The notes: a model not told the origin generated them from the sequence alone. A stretch of DNA of 25,869 bases from a virus (IMGVR_UViG_3300005400_000006:1-25869), one strand, 5' to 3'; counted from the first letter of the stretch, positions 18,554 to 25,502 are shown. Numbers and translations: made by a program.

Positions 18554-19270
18554 ATGTCTAACCACATCCGCGTCATTGATGCTGTCACCTACGATTTCAG
18601 TGACTTCGATGTCACTTGGCAATTCATCAATGATAAACTCCCTGGTTTTATTCAGGAGACCATTGATACTTTCGTGCAGTCTCGTAAGCGTCTGCGTGAG
18701 GGACGAGAAACCTATGAATCTTATCTACGACGTATTGAAACTGACCCTAAGCAGCAAACACAGGCAGTCACAAAGCGTCTACAATATGATATTAACGACG
18801 CACTAGATGACCTGATTGAGCATTACAATCTTCAAGGTATTATTGGTGCTGGTGCAGGTAGTGGCAAGGATTACATGCACTTGCCAACTGAAACTCCTAT
18901 CGAATTGAAAACTTCAGGTGGTGATGATGGTGCTATTGCTTGTCTGGGTAATCTCAGCAGCAGTGTAAAGGTAGATGATACTATCGTCATGCGATTCAAA
19001 TTGACTGGCAATCGTATCAGTCATTGGCAACAGTTTCGTATGAAGAAAAGCAGTGACAAGTGGAAGAATTACAACCCTGTCCGATACAAACGAGATAAGA
19101 AGACTAAGCAGTTTCTTCTTGACTCTAAAGGCAACAAGATTCGCCAGGACAGCAGTTATTCTAGTCTGAAAGCACAAGTTACAGACAAAAACGATATTGT
19201 GTGCTATTCTGGTAGCATCGCCCTCAAAGACCTCTGGATTTACTACATCAAAGAAGAAATCAATGCTTGA
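18554..19270 (+). CDS. Putative PD-(D/E)XK-fold endonuclease (restriction enzyme-like)
   Basis: GKD-x10-ELKT fits D...(D/E)xK spacing. Type II REase-like size, and it overlaps the methyltransferase start by 8 nt. The CDS is solid but the function is inferred. Confidence 0.55.
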   Translation: MSNHIRVIDAVTYDFSDFDVTWQFINDKLPGFIQETIDTFVQSRKRLREGRETYESYLRRIETDPKQQTQAVTKRLQYDINDALDDLIEHYNLQGIIGAGAGSGKDYMHLPTETPIELKTSGGDDGAIACLGNLSSSVKVDDTIVMRFKLTGNRISHWQQFRMKKSSDKWKNYNPVRYKRDKKTKQFLLDSKGNKIRQDSSYSSLKAQVTDKNDIVCYSGSIALKDLWIYYIKEEINA

Positions 19271-20105
19271 ATTAAACACTGTCTACAATCAAAACTGCAT
19301 TGATGGTATGGACTCCATGGATGCAGAATCTGTTGACCTATGTGTTACATCACCACCATATGATGACTTGCGGACATACAACGACAGCAGCAAGTGGGAC
19401 CACGAAGTATTCAAACGTGTTGCTAAATCACTCACCCGTGTGCTCAAACCAGGTGGTGTAATCATGTGGAATGTTGGTGACGCAACCATCAAAGGTGGTG
19501 AGTCTGGTAGTAGTTTCCGTCAAGCACTATATTTCATGGAAGAGTGTGGATTGCGTCTGCACGATACTATGATTTACGAAAAGTCTGGTATTGCATTTGC
19601 TGCTGGTCCACATAGTGTGCGTTACTCACAAGCATTTGAGTATTGTTTTATTCTGTCCAAGGGCAAACCTAAGACAGTCAATATCATCATGGACAAGAAG
19701 AATAAGTGGGCAGGTATCTCCTCATGGGGCAATGCTAAAGCACGAAAGAAGAGTGGAGAGTTGGAAGATGCTGGCAAAAAGAGTAAAGCAACGCGAGAGT
19801 TTGGTGCTCGTACTAACATCTGGCGAGTCATCAATAGTGGTGGTTTCGGTCAGTCTTCCAAAGAAGCATACAAGCATCCTGCAACAATGCCAGAGGCACT
19901 TGCGCGGGACCACATCATCACTTGGAGCAACCCTGGGGATGTTGTTATTGACCCTTTTATGGGCAGTGGGACTACTGCTGCAATGGCAATTGACCAAGGA
20001 CGTAATTACATTGGTTTCGAGATTGACGACGAATACTACAACCTATGTCAGTCACGTCTTAAGACACTAGGAGCAAATCTAACTTCATTCTTTGAGACTA
20101 CTTAA
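19263..20105 (+). CDS. DNA amino-methyltransferase, beta class (N4-cytosine likely, or N6-adenine)
   Basis: Motif IV TSPPY near the N-terminus, LxRVLKPGG, HPATMP, and motif I DPFMGSGTT plus YIGFEID near the C-terminus. Start corrected to ATG 19263 (MLELNTVYNQNC). Confidence 0.93.
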   Translation: MLELNTVYNQNCIDGMDSMDAESVDLCVTSPPYDDLRTYNDSSKWDHEVFKRVAKSLTRVLKPGGVIMWNVGDATIKGGESGSSFRQALYFMEECGLRLHDTMIYEKSGIAFAAGPHSVRYSQAFEYCFILSKGKPKTVNIIMDKKNKWAGISSWGNAKARKKSGELEDAGKKSKATREFGARTNIWRVINSGGFGQSSKEAYKHPATMPEALARDHIITWSNPGDVVIDPFMGSGTTAAMAIDQGRNYIGFEIDDEYYNLCQSRLKTLGANLTSFFETT

Positions 20106-20107
20106 CT

Positions 20108-20515
20108 ATGACTAGAAATACTGTAAGAGATGGGGAGATATCTGAGTATACATTTGCTTACAAATGTTCTGTTGAGCATGGATACATGGTTAGTAAACCT
20201 CAAGGAACTACTGATTATGATTTGGTTGTAGATGTAAACGGACAGTTATACAAAGTTCAAGTTAAATCTTCTAGAAGAGGCAATGGTAACTGTATGATAT
20301 GTCAAGGCACTAATGGACAAGGAAATACGGGGAGGGGTAAATATCCTTATCCAGAAAAATCTATTGATTTTTTTGCTATTCATGATGTTATTCCTAATGA
20401 ATGGTATTTGATACCTAGAAAGAAGACAGGGGAAGCAAAACAACTCAGACTCTCTTACAAAAGCGAAGGTAAGTATACCAAATATAAAAATAACTGGGGA
20501 TTCAATGATTATTGA
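20108..20515 (+). CDS. Small PD-(D/E)XK endonuclease (group I intron-associated / PDDEXK_5-like)
   Basis: GEISE...GYMVSKP...YDLVVD...LYKVQVKS...IDFFAI...WYLIP pattern. Confidence 0.8.
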   Translation: MTRNTVRDGEISEYTFAYKCSVEHGYMVSKPQGTTDYDLVVDVNGQLYKVQVKSSRRGNGNCMICQGTNGQGNTGRGKYPYPEKSIDFFAIHDVIPNEWYLIPRKKTGEAKQLRLSYKSEGKYTKYKNNWGFNDY

Positions 20516-20552
20516 TTACGACTATCAGAAAGTAGAGCAATGATATTATGGT

Positions 20553-20768
20553 ATGAAACATGATACTAAAGCAAGAGTAATAGGTAGTATTGGTGTTATC
20601 ACTGCCTATTTTATTATACTCCATGTGAATATCTTACTAGGTGTAAGTATTCAACTCATCTCTGATTTGATTAGTGTGCCCTATTTTATACGCACAAAAG
20701 CATGGGACGTTGTAATCATGCTCTCGTTTCTCCTCGTAATCAGTCTCTCAAAACTGACCACCTCGTGA
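20553..20768 (+). CDS. Small membrane protein
   Basis: Two to three hydrophobic segments. SVPYFIRTKAWDVVIML resembles a cyanophage small membrane family. Confidence 0.75.
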   Translation: MKHDTKARVIGSIGVITAYFIILHVNILLGVSIQLISDLISVPYFIRTKAWDVVIMLSFLLVISLSKLTTS

Positions 20769-20811
20769 AGTGTCCACTATAGCGGCACAGCACCCCAAAA
20801 CCGTGTATATT
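20754..20811 (+). promoter_or_regulatory. Early-type promoter with bipartite inverted motif (copy 1)
   Basis: CTGACCAC-N8-GTGTCCAC, with -10 TATATT starting 36 nt after the right half-site start. Confidence 0.6.
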
Positions 20812-20835
20812 AAGAGAGTCAAACAAACACACCTC

Positions 20836-21093
20836 ATGCAACTCACAAACTCTACTACAATCGTTGACTTCTATCCTGAGGCATTTATTGCTGAAGAAGA
20901 TGGTGTTATCGTTAAGCGTTTCCAGAAGCGTGTTACTTTCCGCGTTAATGGACAGAAATCCTACAGCACTGTGACCATGCTCACCGCTAAGAATGAGTGG
21001 GCAGAGCGTATTGCTAACGGTGCTGAAGTTACTGACTACAACACCGATCAAATGCCTCGCTCTGAGTATGCTCCCATGGCATGTGTGGGTTAA
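20836..21093 (+). CDS. Early hypothetical protein (start corrected to ATG 20836)
   Basis: MQLTNSTTIVDFYPEAF... follows an AC-rich leader. The track start lies inside the promoter. Confidence 0.75.
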   Translation: MQLTNSTTIVDFYPEAFIAEEDGVIVKRFQKRVTFRVNGQKSYSTVTMLTAKNEWAERIANGAEVTDYNTDQMPRSEYAPMACVG

Positions 21094-21100
21094 GTAACAC

Positions 21101-21133
21101 TGAGGGCTGCACAGTATCAGCGTAAGACCCTCA
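21101..21133 (+). other. Intergenic imperfect hairpin
   Basis: TGAGGG...CCCTCA closing stem around CTGCACAGTATCAGCGTAAGA, with no U-tract. Confidence 0.45.
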
Positions 21134-21134
21134 A

Positions 21135-21141
21135 CTAAATA
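21135..21141 (+). promoter_or_regulatory. T4-type late promoter-like CTAAATA
   Basis: 27 nt upstream of ATG 21169. Confidence 0.5.
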
Positions 21142-21168
21142 TAAAATTCACTTCTCACTTTTTGAAAC

Positions 21169-21312
21169 ATGACTTTTATTGTAAAACTTTACGTTGCTGG
21201 CACAGTATTTGAAGAGGAAGTTATTGCTGCCAATCCACAAGATGCGCGACGTACAGCATTAGCCCGCAATCCTAGCGCAAAAATTATGGGTGTTAATGTT
21301 AAGTTTTCGTAG
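21169..21312 (+). CDS. Small conserved cyanophage-type protein (47 aa, absent from ORF track)
   Basis: MTFIVKLYVAGTVFEEEVIAANPQDARRTALARNPSAKIMGVNVKFS. Confidence 0.8.
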   Translation: MTFIVKLYVAGTVFEEEVIAANPQDARRTALARNPSAKIMGVNVKFS

Positions 21313-21367
21313 ACACTCCACAGACTGTCCACTCACCTGCTCCATACTCTCCATACTCTGCTATGAT
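21309..21367 (+). promoter_or_regulatory. Early-type promoter with bipartite inverted motif (copy 2)
   Basis: GTAGACAC-N8-CTGTCCAC, with extended -10 TGcTATGAT whose hexamer starts 37 nt after the right half-site start. Confidence 0.65.
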
Positions 21368-21389
21368 TGCTGTAACAACAACAAAGGAC

Positions 21390-21779
21390 ATGACCACCGA
21401 AACCTTCGCTAACTTCGTTGCCACTCAAGATGCTCGCAATGAGATTCAACTCAACGTCCGTAAGTATACGTTGATGCTGTGTGATGCTCTCGTAGATAAT
21501 TTCAAGTCTCGCAATCATGGTAAAATCGGTCGTCATGATGCTCCCGTGTATAAGTTTTACATTGAGGAAGGACGTAAGTATCTCAAAATCCTCATGGAGA
21601 CTGATAGTGGGTCACGCAGTATCCACGCATTTGTTGATAAGAAGACTGGTGAAGTTTACAAAGCAGCATCATTCAAAGCACCTGCTAAGGGTGTGCGCTT
21701 CAACCTGCTAATCATTAAGCAGCGTGAATGGTTGCTGGAGCACGCTGACTGGGCTGGTGGTTACCTCTATGCCAGGTGA
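21390..21779 (+). CDS. Conserved phage early hypothetical protein (start corrected to ATG 21390)
   Basis: GRKYLKI...SIHAFVDKKTGEVYKAASFKAPAKGVRFNL...ADWAGGYLY is a widespread phage family motif. AAGGA RBS. Confidence 0.85.
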   Translation: MTTETFANFVATQDARNEIQLNVRKYTLMLCDALVDNFKSRNHGKIGRHDAPVYKFYIEEGRKYLKILMETDSGSRSIHAFVDKKTGEVYKAASFKAPAKGVRFNLLIIKQREWLLEHADWAGGYLYAR

Positions 21780-21862
21780 GGTAGTGGCACACAGAGCGTC
21801 CACAGGGCGCTCCCATGCCCTATAATTACAAAGTAATCGAGAGACACACCAGTGACCACCAC
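21769..21862 (+). repeat. Duplicated promoter/leader cassette, copy A (bipartite motif copy 3)
   Basis: ATGCCAG-N8-GTGGCAC, TATAAT 37 nt after the right half-site start, and a 37-bp exact repeat at 21820-21856. Confidence 0.9.
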
Positions 21863-22103
21863 CATCGTCAAGCACTGCTACTACAAGGTTTCAATCGACA
21901 CCGTGGATGCTCCGCAGCAACCCATCGTGTATTTCCGCAAGGAAGGCAAGTGTACGACTGCTAAGGGCGCTGATAGGCAGCACAATCGCATTGTGAGCGA
22001 GACTGTGGAGCACTGGAGACCATTCTCTCAGCAGATTCGTCGCTACACTGTCTCCCGTGTGCCAGCTGACGTAGTGGTCAAAGGGGACATCCGCAACGCC
22101 TGA
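21852..22103 (+). CDS. Early hypothetical protein (GTG start)
   Basis: Start codon lies within the repeated leader. 83 aa. Confidence 0.75.
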   Translation: MTTTIVKHCYYKVSIDTVDAPQQPIVYFRKEGKCTTAKGADRQHNRIVSETVEHWRPFSQQIRRYTVSRVPADVVVKGDIRNA

Positions 22104-22152
22104 TAGGCGCTATAATTACAAAGTAATCGAGAGACACACCAGTGACTACCAC
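22059..22152 (+). repeat. Duplicated promoter/leader cassette, copy B (bipartite motif copy 4)
   Basis: GTGCCAG-N8-GTGGTCA, TATAAT 37 nt after the right half-site start, and a 37-bp exact repeat at 22110-22146. Constant 290-bp offset from copy A. Confidence 0.9.
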
Positions 22153-22342
22153 TGCAACTTACCGAATCAATGTAACTCAAGAGTGTGGTAATGTGCTCAC
22201 TTATATGAGGACAATGCCCACACGACCTAAAACACAAAAAAGTATCAAGGCACACAACACCAAATTAGAAAATTGGGCAAAGACTGTGTGTTACAATTGG
22301 AAAGAAATTGACGTAACTCTTTTACCGAAATCTTCTAAATAA
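22142..22342 (+). CDS. Early hypothetical protein (GTG start)
   Basis: Start codon lies within the repeated leader. 66 aa. Confidence 0.75.
   Translation: MTTTATYRINVTQECGNVLTYMRTMPTRPKTQKSIKAHNTKLENWAKTVCYNWKEIDVTLLPKSSK
22335..22341 (+). promoter_or_regulatory. T4-type late promoter-like CTAAATA
   Basis: At the gene end, 3 nt before ATG 22345. Confidence 0.4.
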
Positions 22343-22422
22343 CAATGCTTGATATGTCATGGCATCCATGGTATGATGCCTGTAAGGCGCGTGAAATCGC
22401 CTGTAACGCCTCTCAAACTTAC

Positions 22423-22451
22423 TTGACAATGCAACCCATCACTGCTACACT
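22423..22451 (+). promoter_or_regulatory. sigma70-type promoter
   Basis: TTGACA-N17-TACACT with TGn extension. Confidence 0.8.
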
Positions 22452-22476
22452 AGTTACTCCTCCTAAGTCTCTCCCA

Positions 22477-22677
22477 ATGAATTATCTCGCTATCAGTGAT
22501 GATGTTTATTTCATGCGTGATGGGGCTCTGCACTGTCGCTCAGAGGGTCAAACCTTTGAGATTGATGATGCTGACATGGACGAAGACACGCTAGAGTATT
22601 ATGCTCATCTGCAATACTACATGTCACAGATTGAAGCACTGACTCAAGAGTACACCGACGCTATCTGCACCAAATGA
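22477..22677 (+). CDS. Acidic hypothetical protein (probable start ATG 22477, in-frame upstream ATG 22345)
   Basis: MNYLAISDDVYFMRDG... begins 25 nt after the -10 box. ATGA coupling to the next gene. Confidence 0.7.
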   Translation: MNYLAISDDVYFMRDGALHCRSEGQTFEIDDADMDEDTLEYYAHLQYYMSQIEALTQEYTDAICTK

Positions 22678-22925
22678 ATCTCATCAAAGAAGACATCGAA
22701 TCAATCCTCCCTGATTTGACATGGGAAGACTTCACTCTGGAGGGTGATGTTTATGTCACCAAGTATGTGCCTGAGTTTGATGATAAAGACAAACGAAATC
22801 GTTATCTTCGTCTAAGAGATAAGTATCCATCAGATTATGCTGCTGCTCTTGTCTCTAAACTACCTGAAGGTGCAAAGTTACAATCTTATGACCACCTTCA
22901 AATGAAACTCATCGTTACTCAGTAA
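22674..22925 (+). CDS. Hypothetical protein
   Basis: ATGA overlap, 83 aa. Confidence 0.8.
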   Translation: MNLIKEDIESILPDLTWEDFTLEGDVYVTKYVPEFDDKDKRNRYLRLRDKYPSDYAAALVSKLPEGAKLQSYDHLQMKLIVTQ

Positions 22926-22931
22926 ATTATC

Positions 22932-23168
22932 ATGAAAACTTACGACAATCTTCCTTCATCTGCTATTGACCGTGTTATCATTGATAACAACACTAATCAG
23001 GTGCAGGTAGTTTACAAATCATCCGAAAAGAGTTATACTTACAGCACAGAGGATGCTGATTCGTTTGACCAGCAATTTCTGTCTGAGTTTGATAGTCAGG
23101 ACTTCTCTGTAGGTAAATTTATCAACAGTAATGTGAGTCAGGGTAACCTCACTCTCTTGACTGATTGA
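22932..23168 (+). CDS. KTSC-like small domain protein
   Basis: SSAIDRV...VQVVYKS..KSYTY...SVGKFINSNV matches the KTSC pattern SSxI...YxY...SxGxFxNxxI. Confidence 0.65.
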   Translation: MKTYDNLPSSAIDRVIIDNNTNQVQVVYKSSEKSYTYSTEDADSFDQQFLSEFDSQDFSVGKFINSNVSQGNLTLLTD

Positions 23169-23173
23169 TAACT

Positions 23174-23180
23174 CTAAATA
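23174..23180 (+). promoter_or_regulatory. T4-type late promoter-like CTAAATA
   Basis: 29 nt upstream of ATG 23210. Confidence 0.55.
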
Positions 23181-23209
23181 AAAACGTCATTCACATTTGA
23201 CATTTAACA

Positions 23210-23383
23210 ATGGGCAAAACATTCAAGAAGTATAACAAGTCTCAGACCGACATGTCGGCCGACAACGTAAAAGACATTTATGCGGACGACTACGAAACAT
23301 TCGGTTATGATGTGCAAAATGCACGTCGTAAAAACAAAAACAAGAAAGTTTCTAAGTTTAAGGATTATGATGCTTATGATTGA
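23210..23383 (+). CDS. Small charged hypothetical protein (57 aa, absent from ORF track)
   Basis: MGKTFKKYNKSQ...DDYETFGYDVQNARRKNKNKKVSKFKDYDAYD, between a late box and a terminator. Confidence 0.7.
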   Translation: MGKTFKKYNKSQTDMSADNVKDIYADDYETFGYDVQNARRKNKNKKVSKFKDYDAYD

Positions 23384-23407
23384 CTCTCATCAGTAATACT
23401 TATCATT

Positions 23408-23433
23408 GCACCCCTTGACGGGGTGCTTTTTTT
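23408..23433 (+). terminator. Intrinsic terminator
   Basis: GCACCCC / TTGAC / GGGGTGC + T7. Confidence 0.88.
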
Positions 23434-23443
23434 GTGCCATAAT
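23415..23443 (+). promoter_or_regulatory. sigma70-type promoter of the helicase
   Basis: TTGACG-N17-CATAAT with TGn extension, 23 nt before ATG 23467. Confidence 0.75.
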
Positions 23444-23466
23444 ACATGTATTGAAACGCAGTCACC

Positions 23467-24696
23467 ATGCAACTTCGCGACCACCAGCAGCAAGCACTTG
23501 ACGCTCTCGCTACTGCTAACAAAGGACAGGTATACTGCCCGACTGGTGGTGGCAAGACACCCATCATGATTTTTGATGCGAAGCGTAACTTTGACAATGG
23601 TGCTAATACTATTGTTGTTGTAGCACCACGTATTCTGCTTGCTAATCAACTCTGTGCAGAGTTTACAGAGTTTATCACCAATGCAGAGATTATGCATGTG
23701 CATAGTGGTGAGACACACTACAATTCTACTACTAAATCCGACAAGATTGCATTACATGACGCTATTTGCAAAACAGCAGGGGTCCGTCAAATCATCTTTA
23801 CAACCTATCATTCGCTACCGAAAATCATCAACGCAGGCATCAACATCGATGTGGTATATTTTGATGAAGCGCACAATGCTGTCGGTCGTCATTTCTTTAT
23901 TGGTGTTGCTGCTGCCTCCCTCTCCGCTAAGAAAGCGTATTTCTTTACTGCTACACCACGTACTTCGCGTAACCCGCACTCCCGTGGAATGAATAATCAG
24001 GAGATTTATGGTAACGTGCTATGCAATGTGCCTGCTCCTCATCTTATCAGCAATGGTAGTATTATTCCACCACAGATGGAAGAGTTTAACTTTGATGTAG
24101 ACTACACCAAAGCAAACGCACATGAAATCAATGCTAATACTATTGTAGAGATTGTCACTAACACAACCAACAATGAGAAAGTATTAGTAGCAGTGCCATC
24201 AACCAAGGTGCTTGCTAACATCATCGGTCACACTGATATTCTCAAGCGATTGGATGACCTAGGTTATGACGTGTTACATATCACATCTAAACTAGGTGCT
24301 TATGTCAACAAGACTAAGGTCAATCGTGAGGTATTCTTTGACACACTCACTGCCTACGGTAAAGACAAATCGAGAAAGTTTGTGCTATTCCATTACTCTA
24401 TTCTCTCTGAAGGTATCAACTGCCCAGGTCTCACACAATGTATCTTGCTACGCAATCTTAACATCGTAGAGATGGCACAAACAGTCGGAAGAGTAATCAG
24501 AATGTCAACCACAGACATTAAGCGTATACAGAATGGCACACTAGCAGCAGGTGACCTCAACAACTATACTAAGAGTTACGGTTTCGTAACTGTCCCTACC
24601 TTTGGTAAGCGTAACCAACACACAGTCAAGAGATTGCAAAACGTTGTTGATGCTATCTTTGTCAAAGGTATTCCACCCACTAGCATCGTTGCCTAA
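23467..24696 (+). CDS. Superfamily 2 DEAH-box helicase/ATPase (ResIII-like)
   Basis: LRDHQ (Q motif), PTGGGKT (Walker A), FDEAH (Walker B), FTATP (motif III), LSEGIN (motif V), QTVGRVIR (motif VI). Confidence 0.92.
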   Translation: MQLRDHQQQALDALATANKGQVYCPTGGGKTPIMIFDAKRNFDNGANTIVVVAPRILLANQLCAEFTEFITNAEIMHVHSGETHYNSTTKSDKIALHDAICKTAGVRQIIFTTYHSLPKIINAGINIDVVYFDEAHNAVGRHFFIGVAAASLSAKKAYFFTATPRTSRNPHSRGMNNQEIYGNVLCNVPAPHLISNGSIIPPQMEEFNFDVDYTKANAHEINANTIVEIVTNTTNNEKVLVAVPSTKVLANIIGHTDILKRLDDLGYDVLHITSKLGAYVNKTKVNREVFFDTLTAYGKDKSRKFVLFHYSILSEGINCPGLTQCILLRNLNIVEMAQTVGRVIRMSTTDIKRIQNGTLAAGDLNNYTKSYGFVTVPTFGKRNQHTVKRLQNVVDAIFVKGIPPTSIVA

Positions 24697-25346
24697 TGAA
24701 TACTATCTACTATTATCCTCATCTACCACATATACCAATAGAGAAACACCCACTGTTTGATTTAATGTATCCACTGGACCTAACAACTCCACCACATCAA
24801 TCATACAAATCAAACATGACTCTATGTCCTGCTATGTCAACATATGACCAGCACACATACATCATCAGGTCACCAATCTCTTTCAATTTAAAATACTCTA
24901 ACAACAAATGGACATCACCTCCAGCATCACCAGAGATACAAGAGATGCTCATGCTAGAGGAAGATAACAAACCATATCTACAACTTGCAACATACTATCT
25001 CTTCTGGTCCGATAAGAAAACAAATACAAAAATATTTCTAACTGACCCACCATTATATGAAGTAAACCATACACCTTCATACTATGTTACATCAGGTATG
25101 ATACCCATTGGTGAATACACACGTAATACATCAATAGGATTAGTGCTCAAACCTAACAACAATACAATCAAAGTAGAGAGAGGACAAGCACTAGCAGCAA
25201 TCACATTAGTAGGAGATGAAAGGATACAACTAGTCAAAAAGAAACCACCACAGCATATACTAGATGAAAACATTCGTAATGCAGGTAAACCTAAGTATTG
25301 TCCTTATCTAATGACTAAGACGCTATTTGCTAGGTGGTTACAATAA
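24696..25346 (+). CDS. Hypothetical protein (CPA-motif cyanophage-type family, possibly dUTPase-like beta fold)
   Basis: TAATG coupling to the helicase. LCPAM...YIIRSP...G..PIG...R...VERGQALA pattern. The fold assignment is a guess. Confidence 0.7.
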   Translation: MNTIYYYPHLPHIPIEKHPLFDLMYPLDLTTPPHQSYKSNMTLCPAMSTYDQHTYIIRSPISFNLKYSNNKWTSPPASPEIQEMLMLEEDNKPYLQLATYYLFWSDKKTNTKIFLTDPPLYEVNHTPSYYVTSGMIPIGEYTRNTSIGLVLKPNNNTIKVERGQALAAITLVGDERIQLVKKKPPQHILDENIRNAGKPKYCPYLMTKTLFARWLQ

Positions 25347-25381
25347 GTATGTGGACTAGCACACTATAGAGTATAACTGAG

Positions 25382-25436
25382 TTTTCCACAGGGTTGTGGA
25401 TAACTTTACGGATGACTGTGGAAAACTTGTGGATAA
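25382..25436. promoter_or_regulatory. Cluster of four DnaA-box-like 9-mers
   Basis: TTTTCCACA 25382, TGTGGATAA 25395, TGTGGAAAA 25417, TGTGGATAA 25428 all fit TTWTNCACA or its complement. Confidence 0.65.
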
Positions 25437-25502
25437 TTAAAAAGGTTTAATTAAATATACTTTGGGTTTCTATAAAGAGGAGAAAGGTTGAGATTTTTAG
25501 CG

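Noticed and set aside
19197-19262. N-terminal extension of the methyltransferase from GTG 19197
   Set aside because: It lies inside the upstream gene, and ATG 19263 gives a typical beta-class N-terminus with coupling.
19591-20070. 159-aa alternative-frame ORF within the methyltransferase
   Set aside because: No initiation signals or motifs, so likely a by-product of codon bias.
21820-22146. 37-bp direct repeat as CRISPR repeat or att site
   Set aside because: Only two copies 290 bp apart, containing a -10 box and start codon, with no cas or integrase gene. Better explained as a promoter cassette.
18554-24696. Methyltransferase plus ResIII-like helicase as a type III R-M system
   Set aside because: They are 3.4 kb apart in separate transcription units, the helicase lacks a nuclease domain, and the methyltransferase is too small for a Mod subunit.
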